A stretch of DNA of 64,000 nt from an uncultured Phycisphaerales bacterium. Its GTDB lineage: Bacteria > Planctomycetota > Phycisphaerae > Tepidisphaerales > Tepidisphaeraceae. The stretch spans positions 480,001-544,000 of the forward strand of contig CAWBWQ010000001.1 of assembly GCA_963792535.1 (NCBI GenBank), read 5' to 3'. This document shows, one piece after another, positions 1 to 8,729 of the stretch. The position numbers were made by a program, and so were the translations under genes. The notes under the pieces were generated by a model, which saw nothing but the letters and a program-made list of their open reading frames with translations, made no database searches and had not been told where the DNA came from. Each line of letters opens with the position of its first letter. Position 1 is the stretch's first letter.

Positions 1-131
1 GTGTCGCCGGCCACCTTCAGCGGGGCGGCCCCGGGTTCATTGGTGCTGCTGAGATAGTTCGACAGCAGGATGCCGGTCATGATGACAAACGCCAGACCAA
101 CCAGAAGACCGATTTTTGTTTCACGGGTCAC
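1..131 (-). CDS. N-terminal fragment of a membrane-anchored protein (probably LysM-domain family); runs off the window edge
   Basis: GTG at 131-129 with GGAG RBS at 140-137; reads MTRETKIGLLVGLAFVIMTGILLSNYLSSTNEPGAAPLKVAGD (single N-terminal TM). The LysM call rests on recalled similarity of this N-terminus; the domain itself is outside the window. Confidence 0.65.
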   Translation of the reverse strand, partial: MTRETKIGLLVGLAFVIMTGILLSNYLSSTNEPGAAPLKVAGD

Positions 132-141
132 GGGAACTCCA

Positions 142-254
142 GAGGATGGAGGATGGAGGATGGAGGATCGAAGATGGAGGATGGAGGATTAAGGATTGCT
201 ACGAGCCATCCTCATCCTCAATTCTCTATCCTCAATCTTCAATCCTCGATCCTC
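142..254. repeat. Palindromic heptamer array: 8 x GAGGATN, 9-nt spacer, 7 x NATCCTC
   Basis: Read directly: GAGGATG x3, GAGGATC, GAAGATG, GAGGATG, GAGGATT, AAGGATT (142-197), then CATCCTC, ATCCTC, AATTCTC, TATCCTC, AATCTTC, AATCCTC, GATCCTC (207-254). Confidence 0.95.
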
Positions 255-1155
255 AGGCCTTTTCGGCCACCCGCAGTTTCGCTGACCTGGATCTGGGATT
301 ACGGGCGAGTTCGTCGGCAGTGGGTGACAAGGGTCTTTTGTTGATGACCTTGAGAAGCCCGGTCTGCTCCGCTGACCGAAACGCCTGCTTTACCAGCCGA
401 TCTTCCACCGAGTGGAAACTGATGATGGCCAATCGCCCTCCGGGATTCAGAAACCTCGGCGCTTGCTCCAGCAGGCGCGAAAGATTTCCGGTTTCGTCGT
501 TCACGGCCATACGCAGTGCCATGAATGTCCGGGTGGCGGGATCGATCCGGTCAGGCGGCCCGGGTTTGAACGGGATCGCGTCGCGAACCAACTGAGCCAA
601 TCGATCTGTAGTCTTGATCGGCGACTGACGGCGTGCCTCCCCAATTTTTCTTGCAATTCGTCGCGAATAACGTTCGTCCGCCAAGTTATATAGGACGTTG
701 GCGAGTTCCTCCTCTGGCAGGCTATTGACTAAATCCGCTGCCGATCGACGCGTTCGCGGGTCGATCCGCATGTCCAGCGGCATGGCATTGGCAAAGCTTA
801 AACCATACTGCGGATCGAACAATTGATTCGTGCTCAGTCCGAGATCGGCAAGAATCCCGTCCACTTTTAAAACGGCGGTCGCCTTCAGAACATCATCCAG
901 CTCAGAAAAATTTGCATGAAAAAGTCTGCGACGACCGCAAATTGATTCAAGTTTTTTCCCGGCGAATTCAAGGTTCCTCGGGTCGGCGTCCAAACCGATC
1001 AGAAGACCGGTGTTTCCAAGCAGCGGCGCGATAGCCGATGAATGCCCGGCGCGGCCCAGCGTGCAGTCAACAATTGTCTTGCCCGCGGCGAGGTTCAGCC
1101 CCGCGAGTACCTCGTTCATCAAAACCGCGTCGTGACCTGTGGCAGGAAGATCCAT
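253..1155 (-). CDS. rsmH: 16S rRNA m4C1402 methyltransferase RsmH (MraW)
   Basis: Motifs DCTLGRAGHS, DLGLSTNQL, PLDMRID, PATRTFMALRMAVNDE, ISFHSVEDR, NPRSRSAKLR. Confidence 0.97.
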   Translation of the reverse strand: MDLPATGHDAVLMNEVLAGLNLAAGKTIVDCTLGRAGHSSAIAPLLGNTGLLIGLDADPRNLEFAGKKLESICGRRRLFHANFSELDDVLKATAVLKVDGILADLGLSTNQLFDPQYGLSFANAMPLDMRIDPRTRRSAADLVNSLPEEELANVLYNLADERYSRRIARKIGEARRQSPIKTTDRLAQLVRDAIPFKPGPPDRIDPATRTFMALRMAVNDETGNLSRLLEQAPRFLNPGGRLAIISFHSVEDRLVKQAFRSAEQTGLLKVINKRPLSPTADELARNPRSRSAKLRVAEKA

Positions 1156-1272
1156 GCTGGCAGTGTCGTTGAACGCCTGAAGCGGTCAAGCGGACGAATC
1201 GATGCAACAGCATGTTTGTTAGCGGGGATTCCCGGCGATTCACGGAACGGCGGCTTCTGGTATGTTCGCCGC

Positions 1273-2175
1273 ATGGCTCATCTCAAAGATTTCCTTCCCG
1301 CGGTTCGTGCAGTGGGCCTTCGAAAGTTTGTTGTGCTTTTGATCCGGGCAATTTCGCGCGATCGGCTTACCACGCAGGCGGCGGCGGTCGCTTATGCATG
1401 GCTGTTTGCGATGTTTCCGTTTCTACTGTTTCTGCTCACGCTGTTTTATTACATCCCCGAAAAGCAGAAGGTTGATTCAACCAACTTGATTGCCGAAACC
1501 GTGCATCGCGTTCTGGCTGAGGACGCGGCCGACACCATCATCAGCAATCTGAAAGAAATCCTGAACCATCCTCGATCCGGACTTTTGAGCATCGGGCTGA
1601 TCGTCACGTTGTGGGTCGCCAGCGGTGGAATGTCGATGACCATGACCGCGCTGGACGCAGCATATGACGCAAAAAGGATCTGGCCGTTTTATATCCAGCG
1701 TCCGATTGCGATTTTGCTAACCACTGTGGTCACCGTGATGATCGTGGTTGTGTTTTTACTTTTGCCGGTTGGAACCTGGATCGAAAAGATCCTGGCTGAC
1801 AGCTGGCATCTGCCGGCCAGAAGCGTGCTGGTCATTACCTGCGTGCGCTATTTCGTCGCATTATTACTTCTACACAGCATCCTCGTTTTGCTCTATACCT
1901 TCGGTACCCGCGCGAAAGAAGCTGGTCTTTTTCAGTCCAGGACGCTGTTCACGCTGCTCGTTTGGTTTTTTCTACAGTCGGCGTTTCGCTTTTACGTCGA
2001 TCGTTTCGGCAGCTATCAGAAGACATACGGGACAATCGGCGGCGTCGCGATCGTGCTGCTGTTTTTCTACCTGGACGCGCTGGTCCTGCTGATTGGCGCG
2101 GAGATCAACAGCCTGATCGATAAGACCAGACGCGGTGAGAAGCTGACTTTTACAAGGCCCGGTAATCCAAGTTGA
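1273..2175 (+). CDS. YihY/virulence factor BrkB family membrane protein
   Basis: AAAVAYAWLFAMFPFLL and YQKTYGTIGGVAIVLLFFY..LIGAEIN motifs, multiple TMs. Two compensating indels at about 1912 and 1942 (the alternate frame gives RKKLVFFSPG). Confidence 0.9.
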   Translation: MAHLKDFLPAVRAVGLRKFVVLLIRAISRDRLTTQAAAVAYAWLFAMFPFLLFLLTLFYYIPEKQKVDSTNLIAETVHRVLAEDAADTIISNLKEILNHPRSGLLSIGLIVTLWVASGGMSMTMTALDAAYDAKRIWPFYIQRPIAILLTTVVTVMIVVVFLLLPVGTWIEKILADSWHLPARSVLVITCVRYFVALLLLHSILVLLYTFGTRAKEAGLFQSRTLFTLLVWFFLQSAFRFYVDRFGSYQKTYGTIGGVAIVLLFFYLDALVLLIGAEINSLIDKTRRGEKLTFTRPGNPS

Positions 2176-2192
2176 ACGCCAGCCTGGAAGAC

Positions 2193-2783
2193 TTAAAGCG
2201 AACCCTTGGTGCTTGGTATGCCGGGATTCTTTGGGTCGATGGAAACCGCGATGCGGAGCGCCCTGGCGGTGGCCTTGAAGATCGCCTCGGCGATATGGTG
2301 ATTGTTGGTGCCGTATGGAACTGTAATGTGGAGATTGATCTTGGCCGCCGTTGCGACCGATTTGAAAAACTCCTCCACCAACTCGACGGGAAATGAGCCA
2401 ATAGCGTCAGCATTGTATTTCACATGATATACAAACGCCGGTCGACCGCTGAGGTCGATCGCCACCTGGGCGAGGCTTTCATCCATGGGAATCATTGCCC
2501 ACCCATAGCGATGAATGCCACGCTTATCGCCCACCGCTTTCTCAATCGCCTGCCCCAGGACGATGCCGACATCCTCCACCGTGTGGTGCGCGTCGATGTG
2601 CAGATCGCCGTTTGCGATAACGGTGAGATCGATGAGGCTATGGCGGCTCAGCAGGTCCAGCATGTGATCGAAAAACCCCACCCCGGTTTTGATCGATGCG
2701 GTGCCGCTACCATCGAGATTGAGGGACAACCGGATATCGGTCTCGTTTGTTTTTCGGGTGATTTCAGCGACGCGATTGGACAT
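2193..2783 (-). CDS. hisB: Imidazoleglycerol-phosphate dehydratase
   Basis: RKTNET, GFFDHML, DAHHTVEDVGI, PMDESL, NNHHIAEAIFKA, PSTKGSL. Confidence 0.98.
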   Translation of the reverse strand: MSNRVAEITRKTNETDIRLSLNLDGSGTASIKTGVGFFDHMLDLLSRHSLIDLTVIANGDLHIDAHHTVEDVGIVLGQAIEKAVGDKRGIHRYGWAMIPMDESLAQVAIDLSGRPAFVYHVKYNADAIGSFPVELVEEFFKSVATAAKINLHITVPYGTNNHHIAEAIFKATARALRIAVSIDPKNPGIPSTKGSL

Positions 2784-2802
2784 TAGTTTCCCTGCGGTTT
2801 TC

Positions 2803-3927
2803 TCATTTCAAGCATCTGTGGCAACGTGCCGGGCGGATCATATACGCGCGACGCGTTTCATCACACCGGTTCCAGCACCGGAAGCGCCGGATTCCAGCGA
2901 GCAGCGCGTTATTTTCGTGGCTTTGTCCCACCGTGATTCGAATCTTGTCGCTCAGGCCTGGCTGGTCGAAATAACGAACGAGAATTCCCTGGTGCTTGAG
3001 CCCCAGATACGCTTCACGCCCGCGGCCATCCGGGGCCGTTGCCAGCAGAAAATTAGCCTGGCTTGGCAGTACAACCCAACCCAGCCCGGTTAGCTCGGCA
3101 GCCAGCTTTTTTCGCTCGTTCCGAACATTTTCCCATGTCCATCGGGCATACGCCTGATCTTCGATCGCCGCTGTGGCCGCCAACACGGAAATCGCATCGC
3201 AGTTGTAACTGTCTTTGACCTTGTTCATTTCATCAATGACCGCAGCCGATGCTATTGCATAACCAAACCGCAGGCCCGCCAGCGAGTAGGCTTTGCTCAG
3301 TGATCGCGAGATCACCACGTTGGGGTATTCTTCGACCAGCGAAATGCAATTGGAATCGGCAAAGTCGGCATAGGCTTCGTCGACCAGAAGCAATCCTTTG
3401 AATACTCCGGCCAGCTCGGCCACCCTGGCGGCTGGAATCATCGTGCCTGTTGGCGCGTTGGGGTTTGCCAGGTAAATCGCGTTGGCGTTGGTGGCGGACA
3501 ATGCCTCAACCGGCAGCGAATACCCTTCACCCCAGGGCACATGGATACAGCGCGCATCCTGCAGCTGGCTCAGCACCGGATACAGCGAATATGTCGGTGC
3601 GGGGCATGCAATTAAACCACCGGCTGGCACAAACGTGCGGGTTGCAATCGTCAAGATATCATCGCTTCCGTTGCCGGCGATGATCATATTTGAGGTTACG
3701 CTGTGCAGCTTGGCGGCAGCGGCGCGGAAAATGTCTGCCGTGGGATTGGGATACCGTCTGAGACTTTCCCCTTCGACGTCGCGGATCGCCTGCATCACAC
3801 GCGGACTCGGCGGAAAAGGATTCTCGTTGGTATTCAGTTTCACGACCCGCGCGCTGACACCCGGTTGCTCGCCCGGCGTGTAGCCATCCATGGCGCACAC
3901 GGTATCACGTACAAAAGTTGGAGCCAT
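2803..3927 (-). CDS. hisC: Histidinol-phosphate aminotransferase (true C-terminus probably ends near 2862, indel at about 2885)
   Basis: YTPGEQP, KLNTNENPFPPSP, GNGSDD, NPNAPTG, DEAY, RSLSKAYSLAGLRFG; lies between hisD and hisB. Confidence 0.96.
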   Translation of the reverse strand: MAPTFVRDTVCAMDGYTPGEQPGVSARVVKLNTNENPFPPSPRVMQAIRDVEGESLRRYPNPTADIFRAAAAKLHSVTSNMIIAGNGSDDILTIATRTFVPAGGLIACPAPTYSLYPVLSQLQDARCIHVPWGEGYSLPVEALSATNANAIYLANPNAPTGTMIPAARVAELAGVFKGLLLVDEAYADFADSNCISLVEEYPNVVISRSLSKAYSLAGLRFGYAIASAAVIDEMNKVKDSYNCDAISVLAATAAIEDQAYARWTWENVRNERKKLAAELTGLGWVVLPSQANFLLATAPDGRGREAYLGLKHQGILVRYFDQPGLSDKIRITVGQSHENNALLAGIRRFRCWNRCDETRRAYMIRPARCHRCLK

Positions 3928-4015
3928 GGACGAAGTCTAACATGCAACGGCGGTTGCAAGAAACAGAAACTCTGTTTCGTCACAATTCGAACAACGAAAT
4001 TTGATCGATCAACGC

Positions 4016-5339
4016 TCACCCTTCGGGCTTGATCAATCGCACCGCGACGCTGGCTGCATGCCCGTCGAGTCCTTCGGCCTCGGCTAGCGCGGTGATCGCG
4101 CCGGCATCGCCGGCTAGTCCGACGGCCTCATATTTGACGACGCTGGTGCGCTTGAGAAATTCATACACGCTCACACCACTGCTGAAGCGCGCGGTGGTAT
4201 TGGTTGGCAGGCAATGGCTTGGTCCGGCAACGTAATCGCCCGCTGCGACGGGAGACCAGGGACCGACAAATACCGCTCCGGCATGACGGAGCCTGGCAAG
4301 CGATGCCTGCGTGTTTTTCAGCTGGAGATTCACATGCTCGGCGGCGAAACGGTTGGCCAGATCGACTGATTCATCGATGGACGAACTGATGATGATGGCC
4401 GAGTGATTCATCAGCGATTTTTCCAGCGCAGCGGATCGGCCGCGGTTTTTCATCTGCAAGTCGATCTCTTTTGAGACAGCGTCGGCGAGGATCGGTGAGT
4501 CGGTCAACAAAAAACAACTGCCCGGGTCGTGCTCCGCCTGTGCAAGCAGATCGGCGGCGATGAAAGAGGGCACGCCGGTCTCGTCTGCGATGGTCACGAT
4601 CTCGCTGGGCCCGAGAAAACCATCGACGCCCACCGCGCCGGCCAACTCGCGTTTCGCTAATTGCACATAAAGATTGCCGGGCCCGACGATTTTGTCGACG
4701 CGCGGAATGGTGGCGGTGCCAAACGCCATGGCTGCAATCGCGCCCGCTCCACCGGCGCGGTAGACGTGTTCTAATTTCAGTTCGTGGGCCGCGGCTAGTA
4801 CGAGGTCGCTGCGACCATACTTGCTGGGCGGCGTGGCGACGACAATCTTCTCAACACCCGCGACCTGCGCGGGAACAGTCAGCATGATCAGGCTCGATGG
4901 ATATGCAGCCTTGCCGCCCGGGAAATATAAACCGGCGCTATCCAGCGGTGTGAATTTCAAGCCAAGTTCAACCCCCTTGCGCGTCAGTGGCGCGGGAGCG
5001 ACCGGAAGAATATGCGTTTGATATTCGCGCACCTGCGCGATGGAGCGGCGAATAGCGTTCAACTGATCGGCGGGCACGCGCGGATGCTTCGCGCATCTCG
5101 GCGGAGGTTACTCGGATCATTTCAGGTGTGAATTCGGCGAAGTCGAATTTTCGGGCATTATCGGTCAGCGCGGCATCACCGCGGGTCGCGACGTCTGCGA
5201 TAATGTCGCGTACGGCGGCGGTTTGAGATGCGTACTTACCGCCGGCTGCCAGTTGAGCGGCGTCAAGCCGAAGGTTGCTCAGCAACGATTCAACGCGTGC
5301 TGCGTGCTCGGGGATGCTTAACGACAAAATCGGAATCAT
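4016..5339 (-). CDS. hisD: Histidinol dehydrogenase, split by an apparent frameshift at about 5080
   Basis: N-part VATRGDAAL (ORF 4968-5339) plus PGGKAAYPSS, VDKIVGPGNLYV, GPSE, DLLAQAEHD, GDYVAGPSHCLPT (ORF 4016-5077). Confidence 0.95.
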
Positions 5340-5382
5340 GGCAGGATAGTAGCGGCGAAAGCGAGAATTGCAGCTTAGCGGA

Positions 5383-5952
5383 TCAACCGGTTTTCTTGAA
5401 AGCCTTGCGGTTGAATGTTATCGCGGCGAGCAGATCTTTTCCGTCTTTCAGCAATTGCATGGTTCTGACCGGATCGTCAGACACGGAATTCACAGTCAGC
5501 ATCACCACGCGTGGACCGACCGAGCGGTAAATGTGCAACTGGTCGGCTATGTGCTGGCCTACCTTGTATTTTTCATGAATGACGATGGCAAAGCGTTTGT
5601 CCTTTTCCATTTTTGGTGGCATCACAAGCAGCTGATGTTGCTGAGTGTGCATTTCCTTCAGCTTCTTGATGATTGCCACCGCTACCTGCTGAGCGATGTC
5701 GGGATCGACAGATGCGTCTTTGTTTAGCAGCGCGACGACCATCTGCCCGTCCTGCCTGCTGTCGATAAAGCTAATGCTTTCTGCAGCAGGATCGGGCTTG
5801 ACGGCTTTCCACTCGGACGAAGGTGGGGCGGGGAAATGGTATTGATCGCTGGCTATCGAAGTGTCTAGACCAGCGACTGGTTTAGTTGCAGGGCTCGCGC
5901 CGGCAAAAGAAATGAACAGTAGTAAACCCAGAGATCTGAGCTTGAGCTTCAT
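5383..5952 (-). CDS. Secreted hypothetical protein
   Basis: Signal peptide MKLKLRSLGLLLFISFAGA followed by ASPATKP; about 190 aa, no recognised domain. Confidence 0.7.
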   Translation of the reverse strand: MKLKLRSLGLLLFISFAGASPATKPVAGLDTSIASDQYHFPAPPSSEWKAVKPDPAAESISFIDSRQDGQMVVALLNKDASVDPDIAQQVAVAIIKKLKEMHTQQHQLLVMPPKMEKDKRFAIVIHEKYKVGQHIADQLHIYRSVGPRVVMLTVNSVSDDPVRTMQLLKDGKDLLAAITFNRKAFKKTG

Positions 5953-5989
5953 GGTACGCATCATACCAGAGCCGGTTGCAGGCGGTGCA

Positions 5990-7117
5990 TTAATCATCGA
6001 GCTGGCCAAACGGCAAGTGTGCAGGCATCGGAGCGGGACGATTATATCCGGCTGTGGGGACAACCATTTTCCCTTGCTGAGACGACTCTAAAAAACCCTG
6101 CATCAGATCCAGCACGGCAAAAGCCTGGTCACTGCCGCAACGGTGGGGTCGGCCGGATCGAAGGGCGGCGGCCATGTCGGCCAAACCTACCGAGCGACCG
6201 TATCCTTTGACGAACTGATGCGGCATTTCCACCACCTCGGTTCCGCCACGTTCGCGGAGTTGCACTGTTCCATCGAAACCGTTGGGATCGGGCACGTATA
6301 GCACGCCTTCGGTGCCATTGATGATGATGGGATGAGCTTTGTCATAGCCGCCGTCGATCACAGCGAAGCTTTGGACGATGGTGCCCACCGCGCCGTTTTG
6401 GAACTCCATTAAGCCGACGATGTGATCGGCGGTTTCGACATGGATGACTTTCCCTTTTTCAGGTTCGCTGGTGATGGTACGGATGGGTATTGCGATGGTG
6501 GCGATTCCGCTGATTCGCTTAACCGGGCCACATAAATTCAGCAAAGCCGTGAGATAGTATGGCCCCATATCGAACATGGGACCACCACCGGCCTGGTAAT
6601 AAAACGAAGGAGATGGATGCCAGTTTTCATGTCCGCGACACTGCATGTTCGCAGTGAAAGTTAATGGTTTTCCGATCGCACCGCTGTCGAGCATTTTCCT
6701 GGCGGTTTGGATTCCTGCACCCATGAACGTGTCAGGCGCACACCCGACGCGAAGATTTTTCTTTGCTGCCAGATCGATCAGTTTCAACGCCTCTTGCCGG
6801 TCGACTCCAAGCGGCTTTTCACAGTAGGTATGTTTACCTGCCTCGATCGCTCGCATTGCCACGGGCACATGCGCTTTGGGAATCGTCAGATTCAGAACGA
6901 TTTCAATTTGATCGTCGGCCAGCAGTTGATCGACGCTTAGCGCGCGCTGCACACCATATCTCTGAGCAGCGGACTGCGCACGGGCGTGGTCGAGATCCGC
7001 GACGGCGGAGATCTGCACCATAGGAAATTGCTTCGCCATTCCGAGGTACGCCCCGCTGATTGCTCCGCAGCCGATGACACCAACTTTTACTGTGTTCATA
7101 TCGTTGTTCTCCGGCAT
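5990..7117 (-). CDS. Gfo/Idh/MocA family oxidoreductase
   Basis: VGVIGCGAIS, AGKHTYCEKP, GCAPDTFMG, GGGPMFDMGPYY. Confidence 0.93.
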   Translation of the reverse strand: MPENNDMNTVKVGVIGCGAISGAYLGMAKQFPMVQISAVADLDHARAQSAAQRYGVQRALSVDQLLADDQIEIVLNLTIPKAHVPVAMRAIEAGKHTYCEKPLGVDRQEALKLIDLAAKKNLRVGCAPDTFMGAGIQTARKMLDSGAIGKPLTFTANMQCRGHENWHPSPSFYYQAGGGPMFDMGPYYLTALLNLCGPVKRISGIATIAIPIRTITSEPEKGKVIHVETADHIVGLMEFQNGAVGTIVQSFAVIDGGYDKAHPIIINGTEGVLYVPDPNGFDGTVQLRERGGTEVVEMPHQFVKGYGRSVGLADMAAALRSGRPHRCGSDQAFAVLDLMQGFLESSQQGKMVVPTAGYNRPAPMPAHLPFGQLDD

Positions 7118-7136
7118 CGATGCCGAGTCGCTGCAA

Positions 7137-7751
7137 TCAGGTCAGGAGAACCAACTTAGCGCCGCACTGGCAGCCGAAGGGTTTAAGCTGATGCGGGCGA
7201 ATCTTGGGAGGACTTTGAACTTCAATGGAACATCCGCAGCGTTCGCAACCAAATCGATCACCCGATTTGGTTTGGTGGGGGGCGGGTTGATCGAGTGACG
7301 ATGGATGTGCGTTTTTGGAGCCAGCGCCGGGCACCTCCGTCACCTCGCCGCGTTTATCCATGGCAAGGTTCGCCAGGGTGTCGGCCAGCTCGTTCTTGTG
7401 CCGCAGGTTGTGCTCGATAGAGACTTTTTCGAACTGTTCGACCAGAGCCATCGCGCGTTCATAAAGCGGTTTCATGTCCGGACTTTTTACGCGATAGATT
7501 CCCTTCATCTGCTTGATGACCAATTCACTGTCCCCGCGGACGATGATTTTGGTGGCGCTCAATTTTTTCGCTTCTTCCAGAACGGTGATGAGCGCCGTGT
7601 ATTCGGCAACGTTGTTTGTTGCCCGCCCGATGAAGCGGCCCAGTGTCACCAGCGGCGTGCCATCGGCGCTGGATACCACGACCCCGATCCCCGCCGGCCC
7701 GGGATTTCCCCTGCTTCCACCGTCAAATTGCAATGTCAGCGTTTCATTCAT
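7137..7751 (-). CDS. Ribonuclease HI family protein with C-terminal CxxC...CxC zinc-ribbon-like extension
   Basis: FDGGSRGNPGPAGIG, ATNNVAEY, GDSELVIKQM, NELADTLAN; tail FGCERCGCSIEV...FGCQCGAKL. Confidence 0.9.
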   Translation of the reverse strand: MNETLTLQFDGGSRGNPGPAGIGVVVSSADGTPLVTLGRFIGRATNNVAEYTALITVLEEAKKLSATKIIVRGDSELVIKQMKGIYRVKSPDMKPLYERAMALVEQFEKVSIEHNLRHKNELADTLANLAMDKRGEVTEVPGAGSKNAHPSSLDQPAPHQTKSGDRFGCERCGCSIEVQSPPKIRPHQLKPFGCQCGAKLVLLT

Positions 7752-7898
7752 AAGTCGGTTTCTACCATGTTCCTGCGCAACCGCGTAATAGGTCGTTACA
7801 GACGACACGGCGCTTTATAGGCGCAGCTCTATCGGCGCATCGGGCCGCGGTGGACATGCTGTATTAAGTGAATTGTGCATTTCGGAAGGGGCTTTGAT

Positions 7899-8651
7899 AT
7901 GACGATGCAACTTCTGTCGCAATGGTGGAATTTAATATTTGAGCTGCCGTTTACGCTGGGACTTTTGTACCTGGCGATTTACACGCTCAGCGGCTGGACC
8001 TTTGGTGAAACCGGCGCGGATCTGGATCACGATCTGGACGCCTCGGCTGATGCGTCTGTGGATGCTGATGCGCATCTGTCGCTGGAACACGACGCCGGAG
8101 CTGAAGGGCATGATTCGGAGGGTCACGATGCCGATCAGGACCAGACCGGCGCATCAGCGTTGTTAGCTGTACTGGGCTGGGTGGGCGTGGGGAAAGCTCC
8201 GTTGAGTGTTGTCTTGATGGTGTTGCTGTTGAGTTGGGGCACCATTGGTTTTTGTGTCAATCGAATTCTGGAACATCAGCCGGTTGATAGATCGATTGCA
8301 GCGGCGATAGGCGTCGCCGGGGTCGGAAGTATTTTGATGACGCGGCTGGTCAGCACGCTTGTGGGAAAATATTTGCCGACAACCGAAACCTATGCCCGGC
8401 GTCGCCACGAATTGCTGGGATCTCTCGGCGAAGCGCTTTACCCGATTGACGCCACCTTCGGCATGGTCACCGGGCGTGACGACCGCGGTGAACGTTTCGA
8501 AGTGGCCTGTCGAACTGAAAACAATCAGACGCCGGTTGCGAAAGGAACGCCCGTGCAACTGGTGGGATATTCGGCCAGGGAACGCATGTTTTATGTCGTT
8601 CCCGCCGAGCGCGGAGAAACTCCAAGACGGGCAGCAGTGGGCCGGACGTAG
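7899..8651 (+). CDS. YqiJ/NfeD-like inner-membrane protein (flotillin partner) with Asp/His-rich loop and C-terminal OB-like region
   Basis: TM, DLDHDLDA..HDAGAEGHDSEGHDAD loop, LGWVGVGKAPLSVVL, further TMs, LLGSLGEA..KGTPVQLVGY; directly upstream of flotillin. Confidence 0.85.
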   Translation: MTMQLLSQWWNLIFELPFTLGLLYLAIYTLSGWTFGETGADLDHDLDASADASVDADAHLSLEHDAGAEGHDSEGHDADQDQTGASALLAVLGWVGVGKAPLSVVLMVLLLSWGTIGFCVNRILEHQPVDRSIAAAIGVAGVGSILMTRLVSTLVGKYLPTTETYARRRHELLGSLGEALYPIDATFGMVTGRDDRGERFEVACRTENNQTPVAKGTPVQLVGYSARERMFYVVPAERGETPRRAAVGRT

Positions 8652-8729
8652 TGAATCAAGCAGGCGGGGTCGATTTCGCTTTGCTAGCCTGTGCGAATGT
8701 AATTGTCACATCTAACTTAGAGGCGCAAC

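Noticed and set aside
142..254. Heptamer arrays as a CRISPR array
   Set aside because: The 7-bp tandem units have no unique spacers, and there are no cas genes in the window.
116..595. ORFs 116-595 and 153-344 (MEDGGWRIEDGG...)
   Set aside because: These are translations of the heptamer repeat and antisense rsmH, not plausible proteins.
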